A program made the position numbers and the translations under genes. A model generated the notes under the pieces. That model made no database searches and was not told the origin of the DNA. It saw only the letters and a program-made list of their open reading frames with translations. 64,000 nucleotides of DNA from an uncultured virus (IMG/VR IMGVR_UViG_3300006145_000002) (lineage: Duplodnaviria > Heunggongvirae > Uroviricota > Caudoviricetes): the IMG/VR virus record IMGVR_UViG_3300006145_000002; one strand, given 5' to 3'. Below, in pieces: positions 54,861-64,000 of the stretch (positions are counted from its first letter, which is position 1; every line of letters begins with the position of its first letter).

Positions 54861-55682
54861 ATGGAATTTATTGATTGTAAAGCAATAGCAGACAAATGGA
54901 AAGGCGAAATAAGAGCCACTGGTGTAAATGCTTGTTTGTATGTAATTTCGGCTGGTGATGATCCTGCGTCAGCCGTATACATCAAAGGCAAATTAAAAGA
55001 TGCTGAAGATATTGGATTCAAATGCGTACATAAACATATCGAGGCAAATAATCGAGATCAGCTTCTTATGAAACTAATTCATTTACTTGATGAATTACGG
55101 TACAGTATGAGCGTTGATGGTGTCATTGTTCAACTGCCATTACCATTTAATATAACATTCAATGATATTAAATCTTATCTTGCTGAAGAAAAAGATGTAG
55201 ATGGTTTCTTGGCAGATTCTCCGTTTGATCCATGCACACCAGATGGGATAGTACAAATGCTGAAAGAAATCAATGTTGATATTGATGGCAAACTTTGTGT
55301 TATTGCTGGTAGGAGTAGTATTGTAGGCAAGCCATTGGCAGAGATGATGACACGTGAAAATGCAACAGTGGTTCTTTGTCATTCTCATACTCCAGCAGCC
55401 CTTTTGGATCAACTTGCACATGATGCAGATATTTTCGTAAGTGCTGTTGGTCAGAAAGACTTTATTGACAGCAGCAAATTTAAGGATGGGGCAGTTGTAA
55501 TTGATGTTGGTATCAATCGAACTGAGCAGGGGATTTGTGGCGACATAACTATCAATCCAAATTCCAATAACATTCTTATTACACCAGTCCCCGGAGGGGT
55601 TGGCCTACTGACACGTGCAATGCTTATGAAACATTTGTTGGTGGCCTATCAAAAATATCATATTTGGAGGCAGACACGATGA
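54861..55682 (+). CDS. folD: methylenetetrahydrofolate dehydrogenase/cyclohydrolase
   Basis: YIKGK, VQLPLP, KDVDG, PCTP, GRSSIVGKP, DVGIN, TPVPGGVG. Confidence 0.93.
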   Translation: MEFIDCKAIADKWKGEIRATGVNACLYVISAGDDPASAVYIKGKLKDAEDIGFKCVHKHIEANNRDQLLMKLIHLLDELRYSMSVDGVIVQLPLPFNITFNDIKSYLAEEKDVDGFLADSPFDPCTPDGIVQMLKEINVDIDGKLCVIAGRSSIVGKPLAEMMTRENATVVLCHSHTPAALLDQLAHDADIFVSAVGQKDFIDSSKFKDGAVVIDVGINRTEQGICGDITINPNSNNILITPVPGGVGLLTRAMLMKHLLVAYQKYHIWRQTR

Positions 55683-56188
55683 ATAAATTTGAACTTATTT
55701 CTAAGACAGAATATGACAAAGTAGTTGCTGAAGAATTTAATGCCAAAAACGGTGTGCTTGGATTTCAGTCCTATGACCAGCTTCAGGTTCCTAAGAGGGC
55801 TACAAAGGGGAGTGCTGGATATGATTTTATTTCCCCTATCTCATTCAAGCTGAAGCCGGGGCAGACAATTAAAGTTCCCACCTGTGTAAAGTGCTGCCTT
55901 AGTCTTGGTAATGTCCTTATGCTGTTTCCCCGTAGCAGCTATGGATTCAAGTACAGGATGCAGCTTGACAACACTGTTGGCATTGTGGATCAGGACTACT
56001 ACAACAATGAGAGTAATGAAGGGCATATCTTCATTAAAGTCACCAATGATAGTAAGTCTTGCAAGACATTGGAGGTTAAGGCAGGGGACGCTTTTGCTCA
56101 AGGAATTATCATGGCACACACAATTACAGATGATGATAATGTAGTTGCTACACGCACTGGCGGCATTGGAAGTACATCAAATAACTAA
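55679..56188 (+). CDS. dut: trimeric dUTPase
   Basis: SAGYD, PRSS, GIVDQDY, RTGGIGST. Confidence 0.93.
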   Translation: MNKFELISKTEYDKVVAEEFNAKNGVLGFQSYDQLQVPKRATKGSAGYDFISPISFKLKPGQTIKVPTCVKCCLSLGNVLMLFPRSSYGFKYRMQLDNTVGIVDQDYYNNESNEGHIFIKVTNDSKSCKTLEVKAGDAFAQGIIMAHTITDDDNVVATRTGGIGSTSNN

Positions 56189-57108
56189 TTGAGGTTTTTA
56201 TGAAATTTATCAAGAATTTACCGTGGGGCGCAATTACAGCTTTCATAATTGTTCCCGTCATTGGAATTTGCTTGATATGTTGGCATACGGCATGGGAACA
56301 TGACTATTTTGGTGATGGCTCATGCCATGCTTGCCAAACTGGGCATTATGAACTGTTTGATATTGAGCATACAAGAAACGGTTGCGATTTTTATTATTAT
56401 CGTTGTAATGAATGCCATGATATTGAAAGATATGAAAGCTATCAGGGAGGATGACAGATGACAAAAGGATCTTTTATCTACATAACCGAACTATATTCAT
56501 CCAACTGCTTATTTGAAGCGATTAAGGCCAAAATAAAAAATCCATCCAGTGTTACTATTTATTTTTGCAAACCAAGAATTACAGAAAACGGTAATTTCCA
56601 ATGGTTACATTTTATGTGGGCAGATCAAAACTACAGTTACGATTTTTCAGATAATGAAGAAACTGAATTGCCGTGGTATCGTACATTCTGGTACAAAGGA
56701 CGTATTAGGCAATTCAAAAAATGTTTTGCAAAACGATACTCTGATTATCGAAACAAAAGGAGATAACCATATGAAAATGAAACACAAATTTTATATATGG
56801 CTTTTCTGCATTGTAATCGTTATTAATGTTTGTTGGCAATTACTTGAACTGTTAATTTATGGCGAAATTCAGCCAAGAATTGTTGATAACATTGTTGGTT
56901 TACTTTGGACTGAAGCAATCTGTTTTGCATATAAGTTCAAAGAACTTGAATTAAAGCGAATGCTGAAGAAATACAACAAAGTTCAAATTAATGCGACATG
57001 GTGGTTAAGAAAACCGATTCCTCCAGAAATGTATACTGGTTATGCAAGTGATCGTATTTGGTTGCAATCTGAATATGAACTTGGGAATAAAGGAGGATTT
57101 ACCGAAAC

Positions 57109-57609
57109 ATGAGTGATAATAAGAATGGTTTGTGTGGTGTATATAAACCTACAGGTATTATTTCTGCATCATCAAATATAGTTGAAATTATTGGCGGTGC
57201 TGGCCTTGAATTTGCATTCAAAGACTTAAACATGGATGCTAAATGTACATATAAAAGTGAACAACTTCCATTTCATGTAGAAGTATGGGAAGTTTCAGCC
57301 AATGATTTTAAAACGCTTTGTGATTATCCCGATGAAGAATGGAAAGACGTATGGGGTTGGTGGCGGCAAGGTCATTGTGTATATCATGGCAATATTTATA
57401 ACGACTATATTGTAAATGGTAAAATGATGTATGGATATGAACCAGCAGAATGTGAAGATTATGAGCAGCAACCATATGACAGTTTTTATAATTATTTTCG
57501 TCATGTTCACAATTTAAGTACATTCTATAATTTCTGCTATTTTGCAATTAGCCTCGCCGATGATAACAGGATGAAAGTTTCTGAATTTCTCAAAGAATAT
57601 CAACCTTGA
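57109..57609 (+). CDS. hypothetical protein
   Basis: ORF with AGGAGG RBS. Confidence 0.6.
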   Translation: MSDNKNGLCGVYKPTGIISASSNIVEIIGGAGLEFAFKDLNMDAKCTYKSEQLPFHVEVWEVSANDFKTLCDYPDEEWKDVWGWWRQGHCVYHGNIYNDYIVNGKMMYGYEPAECEDYEQQPYDSFYNYFRHVHNLSTFYNFCYFAISLADDNRMKVSEFLKEYQP

Positions 57610-57621
57610 TTGGAGGTGTAA

Positions 57622-57837
57622 ATGGAAACGAATGAATTTGTTGCAAAAATTCCATTTTGGGAAAAATATACTTTGTCAATAGAAGAAGCCGCTCAATATT
57701 TCAGAATCGGAAGAGACAAATTGAAAAAGATTATTAGCGAGAATCCAGACGCAGACTTTATTTTATGGAATGGAACTCGTTCACAAATCAAACGTAAGAA
57801 ATTTGAAAACTACATTGATAAGCTAAATGTAATTTAA
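57622..57837 (+). CDS. xis: excisionase (Tn916 Xis-like)
   Basis: IPFWEKYTLSIEEAAQYFRIG...IKRKKFE, upstream of the integrase. Confidence 0.88.
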   Translation: METNEFVAKIPFWEKYTLSIEEAAQYFRIGRDKLKKIISENPDADFILWNGTRSQIKRKKFENYIDKLNVI

Positions 57838-57840
57838 GAG

Positions 57841-57887
57841 TTGCTTCAGGACTTCCGATGTGGTATAATTAAGCATCGGAAGTCTTT
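57841..57887 (+). promoter_or_regulatory. integrase promoter overlapped by an 11-bp inverted repeat
   Basis: TTGCTT-17-TATAAT (57864). GACTTCCGATG / CATCGGAAGTC. Confidence 0.7.
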
Positions 57888-57916
57888 CGCATTTTGGAAA
57901 TAGAAAGGAGTGTAAA

Positions 57917-59188
57917 ATGTCCGAAAAGCGAAAAGACAACAAAGGCCGAATTTTGCGAAACGGCGAAACACAACGCTCCGATGGAATGTATATGTATCGC
58001 TATAATGACGCTGGTGGTGTACGGCGAACAATTTATAGCTGGCGACTTGTTGAGACAGATAAAATTCCTCCACGCAAAAAATCATGTGAACCATTAAGAG
58101 AACTTGAAAAGCAATTAGAACGTGACACAGACGATGGTATACAATCTTTCGTTGCTGCAAAGAAAACTGTAAATGACTTTTATGAAAAGTATATGGGCAT
58201 GAAGAAAGAATTAAAACCGTCAACACGATCTACCTATGCCAGTACGTACAACAAATATGTGAAAGATAAATTAGGCATAAGAACTATTGGATCAGTCAAA
58301 TACAGTGATATTAAGAAATTCTATTTGTCAATGTACTATGATGATGACCTAAAGCCTAATACAATTCATGCCGTCAATACGATCCTGCATCCAATTTTTA
58401 CTCTTGCTGTACGTGATGGCTATATTAGATCAAACCCGGCCTACCAAGTATATGCTGAATTGAAAAAGCAAAATGCTTGGGGTCAAGAGAAACGTCATGC
58501 TCTTACAGAGCAACAACAATCAGCTTTTGTTGAATACATTCGCAATTCACCCAAGTATCGTAAATGGCTTAATATGTTTACTTTGTTCTTGGGTACTGGT
58601 TGCCGGGTAGGTGAAATCCTTGGTTTACGGTGGGAAGATTGTGACTTTACAGAAAACATCATTTCCATCAATCATAATCTGGTTTACTGCAAAGCTGATA
58701 ACGACAAAAAGTTTAGGTATTACATTTCCACACCTAAAACTAAAGCCGGGGAACGTGTCATTCCAATGTTAAAGGAAGTTCGCAGAGCATTGATGGAGGA
58801 ACGGATTACTCAAATGCAAACTGGGTTTAACCAAACTGTTATTGATGGTTATTCTGGATTCATTTTTCAAAACAGAAATGGTGGTATGCGTAAGCCGACT
58901 GAAATCAACAAAGTCATCAACAGGATCATCGCTGATTACAATGCTGAAGAAACCAATCAAGCCAAAAAAGAAAAGCGAGAACCTATTCTGCTCCCGCATT
59001 TTTCTGTCCATAATTTACGGCACACTTTCTGTACCAGATTTTGTGAGAATGAAACTAACCTCAAGATCATTCAAGAAATCATGGGACACGCTAATATATC
59101 TACTACAATGGACATTTATAATGAAGCTACACAGGAGCAAAAGAAAGCCAGTTTTGCTAATCTGGAGGGCAAGATTATGATTGGTTAA
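57917..59188 (+). CDS. int: tyrosine integrase (Tn916 family)
   Basis: N-terminal arm-binding domain, TGCRVGE, PKT, HNLRHTF, MGH, TMDIY. Confidence 0.95.
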   Translation: MSEKRKDNKGRILRNGETQRSDGMYMYRYNDAGGVRRTIYSWRLVETDKIPPRKKSCEPLRELEKQLERDTDDGIQSFVAAKKTVNDFYEKYMGMKKELKPSTRSTYASTYNKYVKDKLGIRTIGSVKYSDIKKFYLSMYYDDDLKPNTIHAVNTILHPIFTLAVRDGYIRSNPAYQVYAELKKQNAWGQEKRHALTEQQQSAFVEYIRNSPKYRKWLNMFTLFLGTGCRVGEILGLRWEDCDFTENIISINHNLVYCKADNDKKFRYYISTPKTKAGERVIPMLKEVRRALMEERITQMQTGFNQTVIDGYSGFIFQNRNGGMRKPTEINKVINRIIADYNAEETNQAKKEKREPILLPHFSVHNLRHTFCTRFCENETNLKIIQEIMGHANISTTMDIYNEATQEQKKASFANLEGKIMIG

Positions 59189-59201
59189 CACAGCAAAATC
59201 C

Positions 59202-59477
59202 TACACCAAATTATACACCAGTTCGTCAGATATATTTAGTTGCTTTTAGTAACTTTTAGGTAGAAGCAAAAAGAAAAGCTGCTGAATCAGCAACTTATAG
59301 CAACAAATAGTTAGATATAGGAAAAAGTTATTTAATCTGCTGGATAGAGGAACACTTTTTGGGAATGTGGTCAAAAAATGTATACAATGCAGCAGAACGA
59401 GCGAAAAGCGCAATAATATCGTCAAAAAGTTCAAATACTCTGCATCGTACTTTGAACTTTACACCAAGTTTACACCA
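59202..59477. other. probable attP with paired TACACCA arm-type sites
   Basis: TACACCA at 59202, 59214, 59460 and 59471 flanking ~240 bp of non-coding DNA just downstream of int. Confidence 0.6.
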
Positions 59478-59524
59478 AATGAAAAAGACTTCCGATGTGG
59501 TTTTCAAATTTCTTACGAACCGTA

Positions 59525-59562
59525 AAAAATAGGGGTATAGGTGTTAAACCTATACCCCCTAA
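59525..59562. terminator. terminator between convergent transcription units
   Basis: GGGGTATAGG / CCTATACCCC stem, with an A-tract on the left that is a U-tract for minus-strand transcripts. Confidence 0.75.
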
Positions 59563-59579
59563 ATTAATTTTATCTACAC

Positions 59580-60053
59580 TTATACCTCTTGAATTTCATT
59601 GTGGTTTTCCATCCACTCTTTATATGACCGTTTAATATTGGCGATTGCTAATACAGCACGATTGTTTTCATATTCAGGATGTTCCTTACAATGATTTTCA
59701 TAATAGTCGATTGCTGTAATTGCCTCAATATAATCTTCCATAGTATGTGGTAAATCACGAAGAAGCTCACGATTAAAGCGCAGAATTTGTGTGCGGCGAA
59801 GATCAGCAGTACGTTTATCATCGGTATAAATATGTTCATCAAGTCGTTTTCTTGTTTCTGCTTGAGCTGTTTCCATTTTATCTAATTTATCTATTACATC
59901 TTTATTGATGATTTTCCCTAATGCCCGTCCAAGCGATGACCAGGGATTAAGTTTAATTTTAGACACTTCTAAGAATGTTGAGAGAATAGCAACGACAATA
60001 ACACAATAGCTGACCAGTTGCCCAAGTTGAATATCTGCAACTTTTTCTAACAT
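59580..60053 (-). CDS. holin-associated membrane protein
   Basis: N-terminal TM plus KIKLNPWS, in the lysis cluster. Confidence 0.6.
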   Translation of the reverse strand: MLEKVADIQLGQLVSYCVIVVAILSTFLEVSKIKLNPWSSLGRALGKIINKDVIDKLDKMETAQAETRKRLDEHIYTDDKRTADLRRTQILRFNRELLRDLPHTMEDYIEAITAIDYYENHCKEHPEYENNRAVLAIANIKRSYKEWMENHNEIQEV

Positions 60054-60081
60054 TGGATCACCTGCCTTTCTCTAATCTTTC

Positions 60082-60420
60082 TCATTCAGAGTCCGTAGAA
60101 ATTTCAGTGCTAACTTCTGGAGCAGCTACTTGGTTTGCATCGTAAATAGTAGTGCTTTTTACGATAGTTACACCACTACCCTCAACGACCTCAATGGCAT
60201 CCTGAACATTTTCGATTGCATTTTTAATACTTTCAGCATCAATCTTGCCCTCAGTAACAATATAAGTAACAACAGACATAACAGACACAACAGCACCAGC
60301 GACAGTGCTAATGACGGTTTCATCTAATCCAAAAACCATTGCTAAACCAGCCACAACACCCGCTACAGCAGCCCATAATTTACGACTCGACAACTTACGT
60401 ACCATGTTATTCATAATCAA
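60082..60420 (-). CDS. holin
   Basis: RKLSSRKLW, two TM helices, YIVTEGKID. Confidence 0.8.
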   Translation of the reverse strand: MIMNNMVRKLSSRKLWAAVAGVVAGLAMVFGLDETVISTVAGAVVSVMSVVTYIVTEGKIDAESIKNAIENVQDAIEVVEGSGVTIVKSTTIYDANQVAAPEVSTEISTDSE

Positions 60421-60425
60421 CCTCC

Positions 60426-60779
60426 TTAAATTTGTGGACTTTCTTCAAAGTCATTCTCTACAAAACCAGCAGCTTCAGCAGCGGCAAATTTAATTCCTAC
60501 ACCGTTAGCACCTGTGTTTTCGTGTTCACTCTTACGTACAATACTGTTCAATACAATACTTGCCGCTGTACCCATTGGAGCAAATACAGCAGTATAACAC
60601 GCCAAAGCACCCATGTACTGATACTCAATACTTTTTAACGCAAGATAAAACCCACCCACAAGACCAGCACATAAAAATGCCATAATCAAAAGGGCGAGTA
60701 GGTTTGTAAATCCGATATGAAATCTTTTTTTGCGTCTACGTTTGGTTTTCTTTTTTCCCCGCTCTACCCTAATGATCAT
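60426..60779 (-). CDS. two-TM membrane protein
   Basis: Basic N-terminus and two hydrophobic helices. Confidence 0.6.
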   Translation of the reverse strand: MIIRVERGKKKTKRRRKKRFHIGFTNLLALLIMAFLCAGLVGGFYLALKSIEYQYMGALACYTAVFAPMGTAASIVLNSIVRKSEHENTGANGVGIKFAAAEAAGFVENDFEESPQI

Positions 60780-60782
60780 AAT

Positions 60783-62243
60783 TTACACCTTACCAATCAT
60801 TTTAGCAAAGCGATAGAACAATGCCGCTGCCTGTTCACGTGTCAACTGATCTGCCCACATATAGTTAGGTGTGCCGTCAGACAATGTACCACCGCCAGCA
60901 ATTAATCCACAGCTAATTGCCCAATCACGTGCTTCTTGACTCCACGTACCGCAATCATTATCTTGCAATTCCTTACGCTGTTCTGCCATAACATTTTTAC
61001 AAATTTCCTTAACCTGTGCTTCAGTCATATCATCATCCTCCATTTCATTTGTTGTTTGTTGATCAAGTAGAGCAGCTACATCATTACGAACGTCATTCAT
61101 TGTTTTACCGAACTTCGGGAACCAATGTAATACGTCACCATGATTAGAACCTAACCCAAGCTGATAACTGTCTTGATGACACAAAATTGTTGGTACATTG
61201 ATTTTCCCATACTTAACAGTTCCATGCGGATTAATGTTAAACATTTTACAAAGATAAGCTGTAATTTCACACGCTTCTTTATAAACCTTATTAAAATAGT
61301 CCCGGTCATTCAAAGCATCTTCACAAATTTCAAACTGAATCCAATTATCGTTACAAGAACCATACTGTCCACTGGCACAGCCCCAAGGCCGATAGTTCCA
61401 AGGCATTGTTTGAATCGTAGTCACTGATCCATCGGCAAGTTTACCAATCCAACAATTCAACCCGGCCTGTATAGATACATGATTCCAGTCATTTCCGTTA
61501 GTGTTCTTTCCAAGTAACTGCATTAACTGAGCATAGTTCGGATCATCAGCACTTGGTTGAACATATCGCCGCAGATTAGGATTATTGGCTCCTGTACTAT
61601 GCCACAGAACTCCCTTTACTTCCATAATTCTTGTCTGTTTATAACAAGTGCTATTTGTCATCATACATTGGAGTGGTTTATTCTTTTCCGAGTATTTCAT
61701 CAAACTCCCTCCTTGTCTTGTAGTTATAACATATTCGTCATAGTAATTCTGACTATATGCAGCACGTTTAGTCTGAACTTCTTCACTTTGATTTGCTGGT
61801 CTTTCATAATTCAACAACATTGCATTAGAAGCCTGTAACACAGAAGTTGCAGTTTTTAAAACATTTAATACAGCAGGATAACTTGTACATAATTCTTGAT
61901 AGAAGAATTCAAGTTGTGCTTCAGTATCACCAATAGATACCTTTCTTTCTTTTGCAAGATTTAAATAATTCTGTTTACGACTCCAATATGTCAACTGGAA
62001 CAATCCATATCCTGCTCCATCGTGAACAAAATTCGTATATGTGCCGTTATCAACTGCATCAGTATATTGCTGATCCGTCATGCCAAATTTCTTTTCAAAG
62101 GTGTTTTGTAAATTCTTTGGATTCAAACCAGATTCAGCGAATATATTACCCAACACTCCAGCGATACCAAAATCATTTAAACCTTTACTTCTAAGAAAAT
62201 TTATAATTTGCTCAATAATTGTTGCACCAATTAAAGCCATCAC
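60783..62243 (-). CDS. endolysin: phage-tail-lysozyme domain + amidase + SLH-like C-terminus
   Basis: GNIFAESG, GYGLFQLT, YERPA, LWHSTGA, FEICED, NHGD, TREQAAALFYR. Confidence 0.88.
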   Translation of the reverse strand: MMALIGATIIEQIINFLRSKGLNDFGIAGVLGNIFAESGLNPKNLQNTFEKKFGMTDQQYTDAVDNGTYTNFVHDGAGYGLFQLTYWSRKQNYLNLAKERKVSIGDTEAQLEFFYQELCTSYPAVLNVLKTATSVLQASNAMLLNYERPANQSEEVQTKRAAYSQNYYDEYVITTRQGGSLMKYSEKNKPLQCMMTNSTCYKQTRIMEVKGVLWHSTGANNPNLRRYVQPSADDPNYAQLMQLLGKNTNGNDWNHVSIQAGLNCWIGKLADGSVTTIQTMPWNYRPWGCASGQYGSCNDNWIQFEICEDALNDRDYFNKVYKEACEITAYLCKMFNINPHGTVKYGKINVPTILCHQDSYQLGLGSNHGDVLHWFPKFGKTMNDVRNDVAALLDQQTTNEMEDDDMTEAQVKEICKNVMAEQRKELQDNDCGTWSQEARDWAISCGLIAGGGTLSDGTPNYMWADQLTREQAAALFYRFAKMIGKV

Positions 62244-62255
62244 ATCACCTCCAAC

Positions 62256-62678
62256 TCAAATTAACTGATAATGTGGCCTTTCTTCACTAAAAAGCCAGTA
62301 TCGCAAATAATCATCAACGATAATTGCTATAGCAGATAAAATAATCCAAGCAAAGAAAAATGGCAAACAAATCTGTCCCCAAAGATTAAACGGCATATTA
62401 GAATAATCCCATATATTCAGACCAAGTTTGAGGTTTAATACACAACCAGAAGCCAATTCCATGAACGTTACAAAACAGGCTCCAATAATTGATTGCTGAA
62501 CAATTCCTAATGTCCAAGGAAAGTATTCGTTAATTGCTCCAATGCCAATAAAGCAGATACCACCGACAAAGAACATTGATATATGGCTATATCCACGCCA
62601 AAGTATTTCAATACAAAAATAGGTCATGCCACCGATTAACAGTAGCACGACCATCTTTAAAGCATTTTTATTTTTCAT
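62256..62678 (-). CDS. membrane protein (putative ABC transporter type IV family)
   Basis: EILWRGYSH..MF, WDYSNMPFNLWGQICL. Confidence 0.7.
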   Translation of the reverse strand: MKNKNALKMVVLLLIGGMTYFCIEILWRGYSHISMFFVGGICFIGIGAINEYFPWTLGIVQQSIIGACFVTFMELASGCVLNLKLGLNIWDYSNMPFNLWGQICLPFFFAWIILSAIAIIVDDYLRYWLFSEERPHYQLI

Positions 62679-63085
62679 TTTGCACCTACCAACTTTGAAA
62701 TGTATTGGAGATCGAATAAAGGCGCATTATAAAATTCATAGTTCCAAAGCCAATGATCGGCAAAATCAGAACGCTTATATTTTTGACATACAGGATCGGC
62801 CCAAACTTTGTCCCATCTTTCTTGATATGTAATATCATATTCTTTCCGCTCCAGACGCTTGATAATTGTTTGTGTTAAGCGGCCTCTCTCCAGCCCATTA
62901 CCATCATCATTTTGCGAAAAATAGTCAAAAGCATCCTGACTTGCAACAAAGCAAATAATTCCTTTATCACAAACAATATGACTGTTTACAGCAATACACT
63001 CTGTTCCATAAGGAATGTTTACATTGCCACACTGAGCCAATTTCTTATATCGTTTTGTCACAACATATTTATTATAAATTTGCAT
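62675..63085 (-). CDS. hypothetical phage protein
   Basis: ORF with AGGAG RBS in the late operon. Confidence 0.6.
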   Translation of the reverse strand: MQIYNKYVVTKRYKKLAQCGNVNIPYGTECIAVNSHIVCDKGIICFVASQDAFDYFSQNDDGNGLERGRLTQTIIKRLERKEYDITYQERWDKVWADPVCQKYKRSDFADHWLWNYEFYNAPLFDLQYISKLVGAK

Positions 63086-63106
63086 TCACACAATCTCCTT
63101 TTATTT

Positions 63107-63730
63107 TTAGTCTTTAATGTTTACTGAACCACCAGAAAGTGTAGTAAGAATTTTCCGAATCTGTGCCTGTGCTGTTACAATATTTTCCTGCATTATAGCA
63201 GCCAAATCCTGCGGTAATTCCATACCATAAGTAATACCAGCCAAAGTTTCAACATCATCTGTCCGATTTACCAAAACACGAAGCATATTATTATATGTAG
63301 TGTGATATGTAATCATAGACTGAGCAGCAACATAAATTGCTACAATATCATTCTTAGTGTATGTAGTACACTCTTTACCATCAGCATGATACGGATATTC
63401 CTCTACACCAGCCATTACCGAATAAAACATATTAGTAATATTATTCTGGTCATAGCTATCCAAAGAAAAGTGTTCGGTAGTATCTCCGCTATTAGATGTT
63501 ATTACATCAACACCAGCCTCGATTGCATTATTGCAGACATTACGAAGTTCATTTAATTTACCTGTTCGCAGCAAAGTCATAGTCTCATCTGTAACAGGAT
63601 TTTCCTCTGTAGTAGGAAAGATGGTCAAATAATCAGCAACAGTAATTTTACAATTTGCCAGCAATTCATCAACCTGTTCCTTACACCACAAAGCAGGATA
63701 ATATTTCTGAACCATTTCTAAAGCTGTCAT
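63107..63730 (-). CDS. DUF4376-like tail-associated protein
   Basis: CNNAIEAG, HFSL...DQNN, YHADG, TYHTTYNN. Confidence 0.65.
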   Translation of the reverse strand: MTALEMVQKYYPALWCKEQVDELLANCKITVADYLTIFPTTEENPVTDETMTLLRTGKLNELRNVCNNAIEAGVDVITSNSGDTTEHFSLDSYDQNNITNMFYSVMAGVEEYPYHADGKECTTYTKNDIVAIYVAAQSMITYHTTYNNMLRVLVNRTDDVETLAGITYGMELPQDLAAIMQENIVTAQAQIRKILTTLSGGSVNIKD

Positions 63731-63743
63731 ATTTCATCCTCCC

Positions 63744-63992
63744 TTAAACCATATTTGCCATTAAACGCATATAGTCAAGTTCCGCAGTTCGTTCAACCTC
63801 ACTATCCAGTTCAAAAACTGCAACTTGTTCGCAATCCTTATAGTTGTCCGAATTGATAATAGCATAAGTGATTCCACCAGCCACAATAGCTTCTGCTTCA
63901 CTTTTTGGGCATTCAATACTGGTATTGGTTTCTGTTACTTTACGCACAAAAACTACCTTTTGAAATACGCCCACCAACTTCTCGCCAGACAT
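63744..63992 (-). CDS. hypothetical phage protein
   Basis: ORF at the window edge in the late operon. Confidence 0.5.
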   Translation of the reverse strand: MSGEKLVGVFQKVVFVRKVTETNTSIECPKSEAEAIVAGGITYAIINSDNYKDCEQVAVFELDSEVERTAELDYMRLMANMV

Positions 63993-64000
63993 TAACTTAT

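Noticed and set aside
57622..59188. Separate Tn916-like conjugative element
   Set aside because: No relaxase or type IV secretion genes are present, and both flanks are phage genes.

Overview
This AT-rich window looks like part of a large temperate phage (SPbeta-like organisation) of a Clostridia-type host, and no host chromosomal genes are recognisable. About 1-13.7 kb is an accessory region rich in tRNA/RNA-end repair enzymes (Pol-beta nucleotidyltransferase, CCA-adding enzyme, Thg1-like polymerase, phosphatases, NMN adenylyltransferase). About 13.7-17.7 kb holds two tRNA genes and an immunity region (XRE repressor, ImmA-like protease, lipoprotein, orphan MazF, recombinase-fold protein). 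About 17.7-22.4 kb holds a tRNA-like element, a coiled-coil gene followed by a ~370-nt structured non-coding region with heptamer repeats, a probable DGR target and a Pnkp-like kinase-phosphatase-ligase. About 22.4-27.9 kb is a DNA-modification cluster in which most enzyme genes carry a G(6-11)CA tract, several out of frame. About 28-57 kb is replication and nucleotide metabolism (SSB, AAA ATPase, helicase, primase, DnaE, LigA, ThyX, NrdDG, FolD, dUTPase). Xis/Int and a probable intact attP follow, then a convergent lysis module. An 18-bp motif ATAACG-N5-WTCAAYA recurs at least 13 times at gene junctions and promoters. The best candidates for undescribed biology are the coiled-coil protein/structured RNA pair and the poly-G switchable modification genes. 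All family calls come from reading motifs by eye, and no database search was run.
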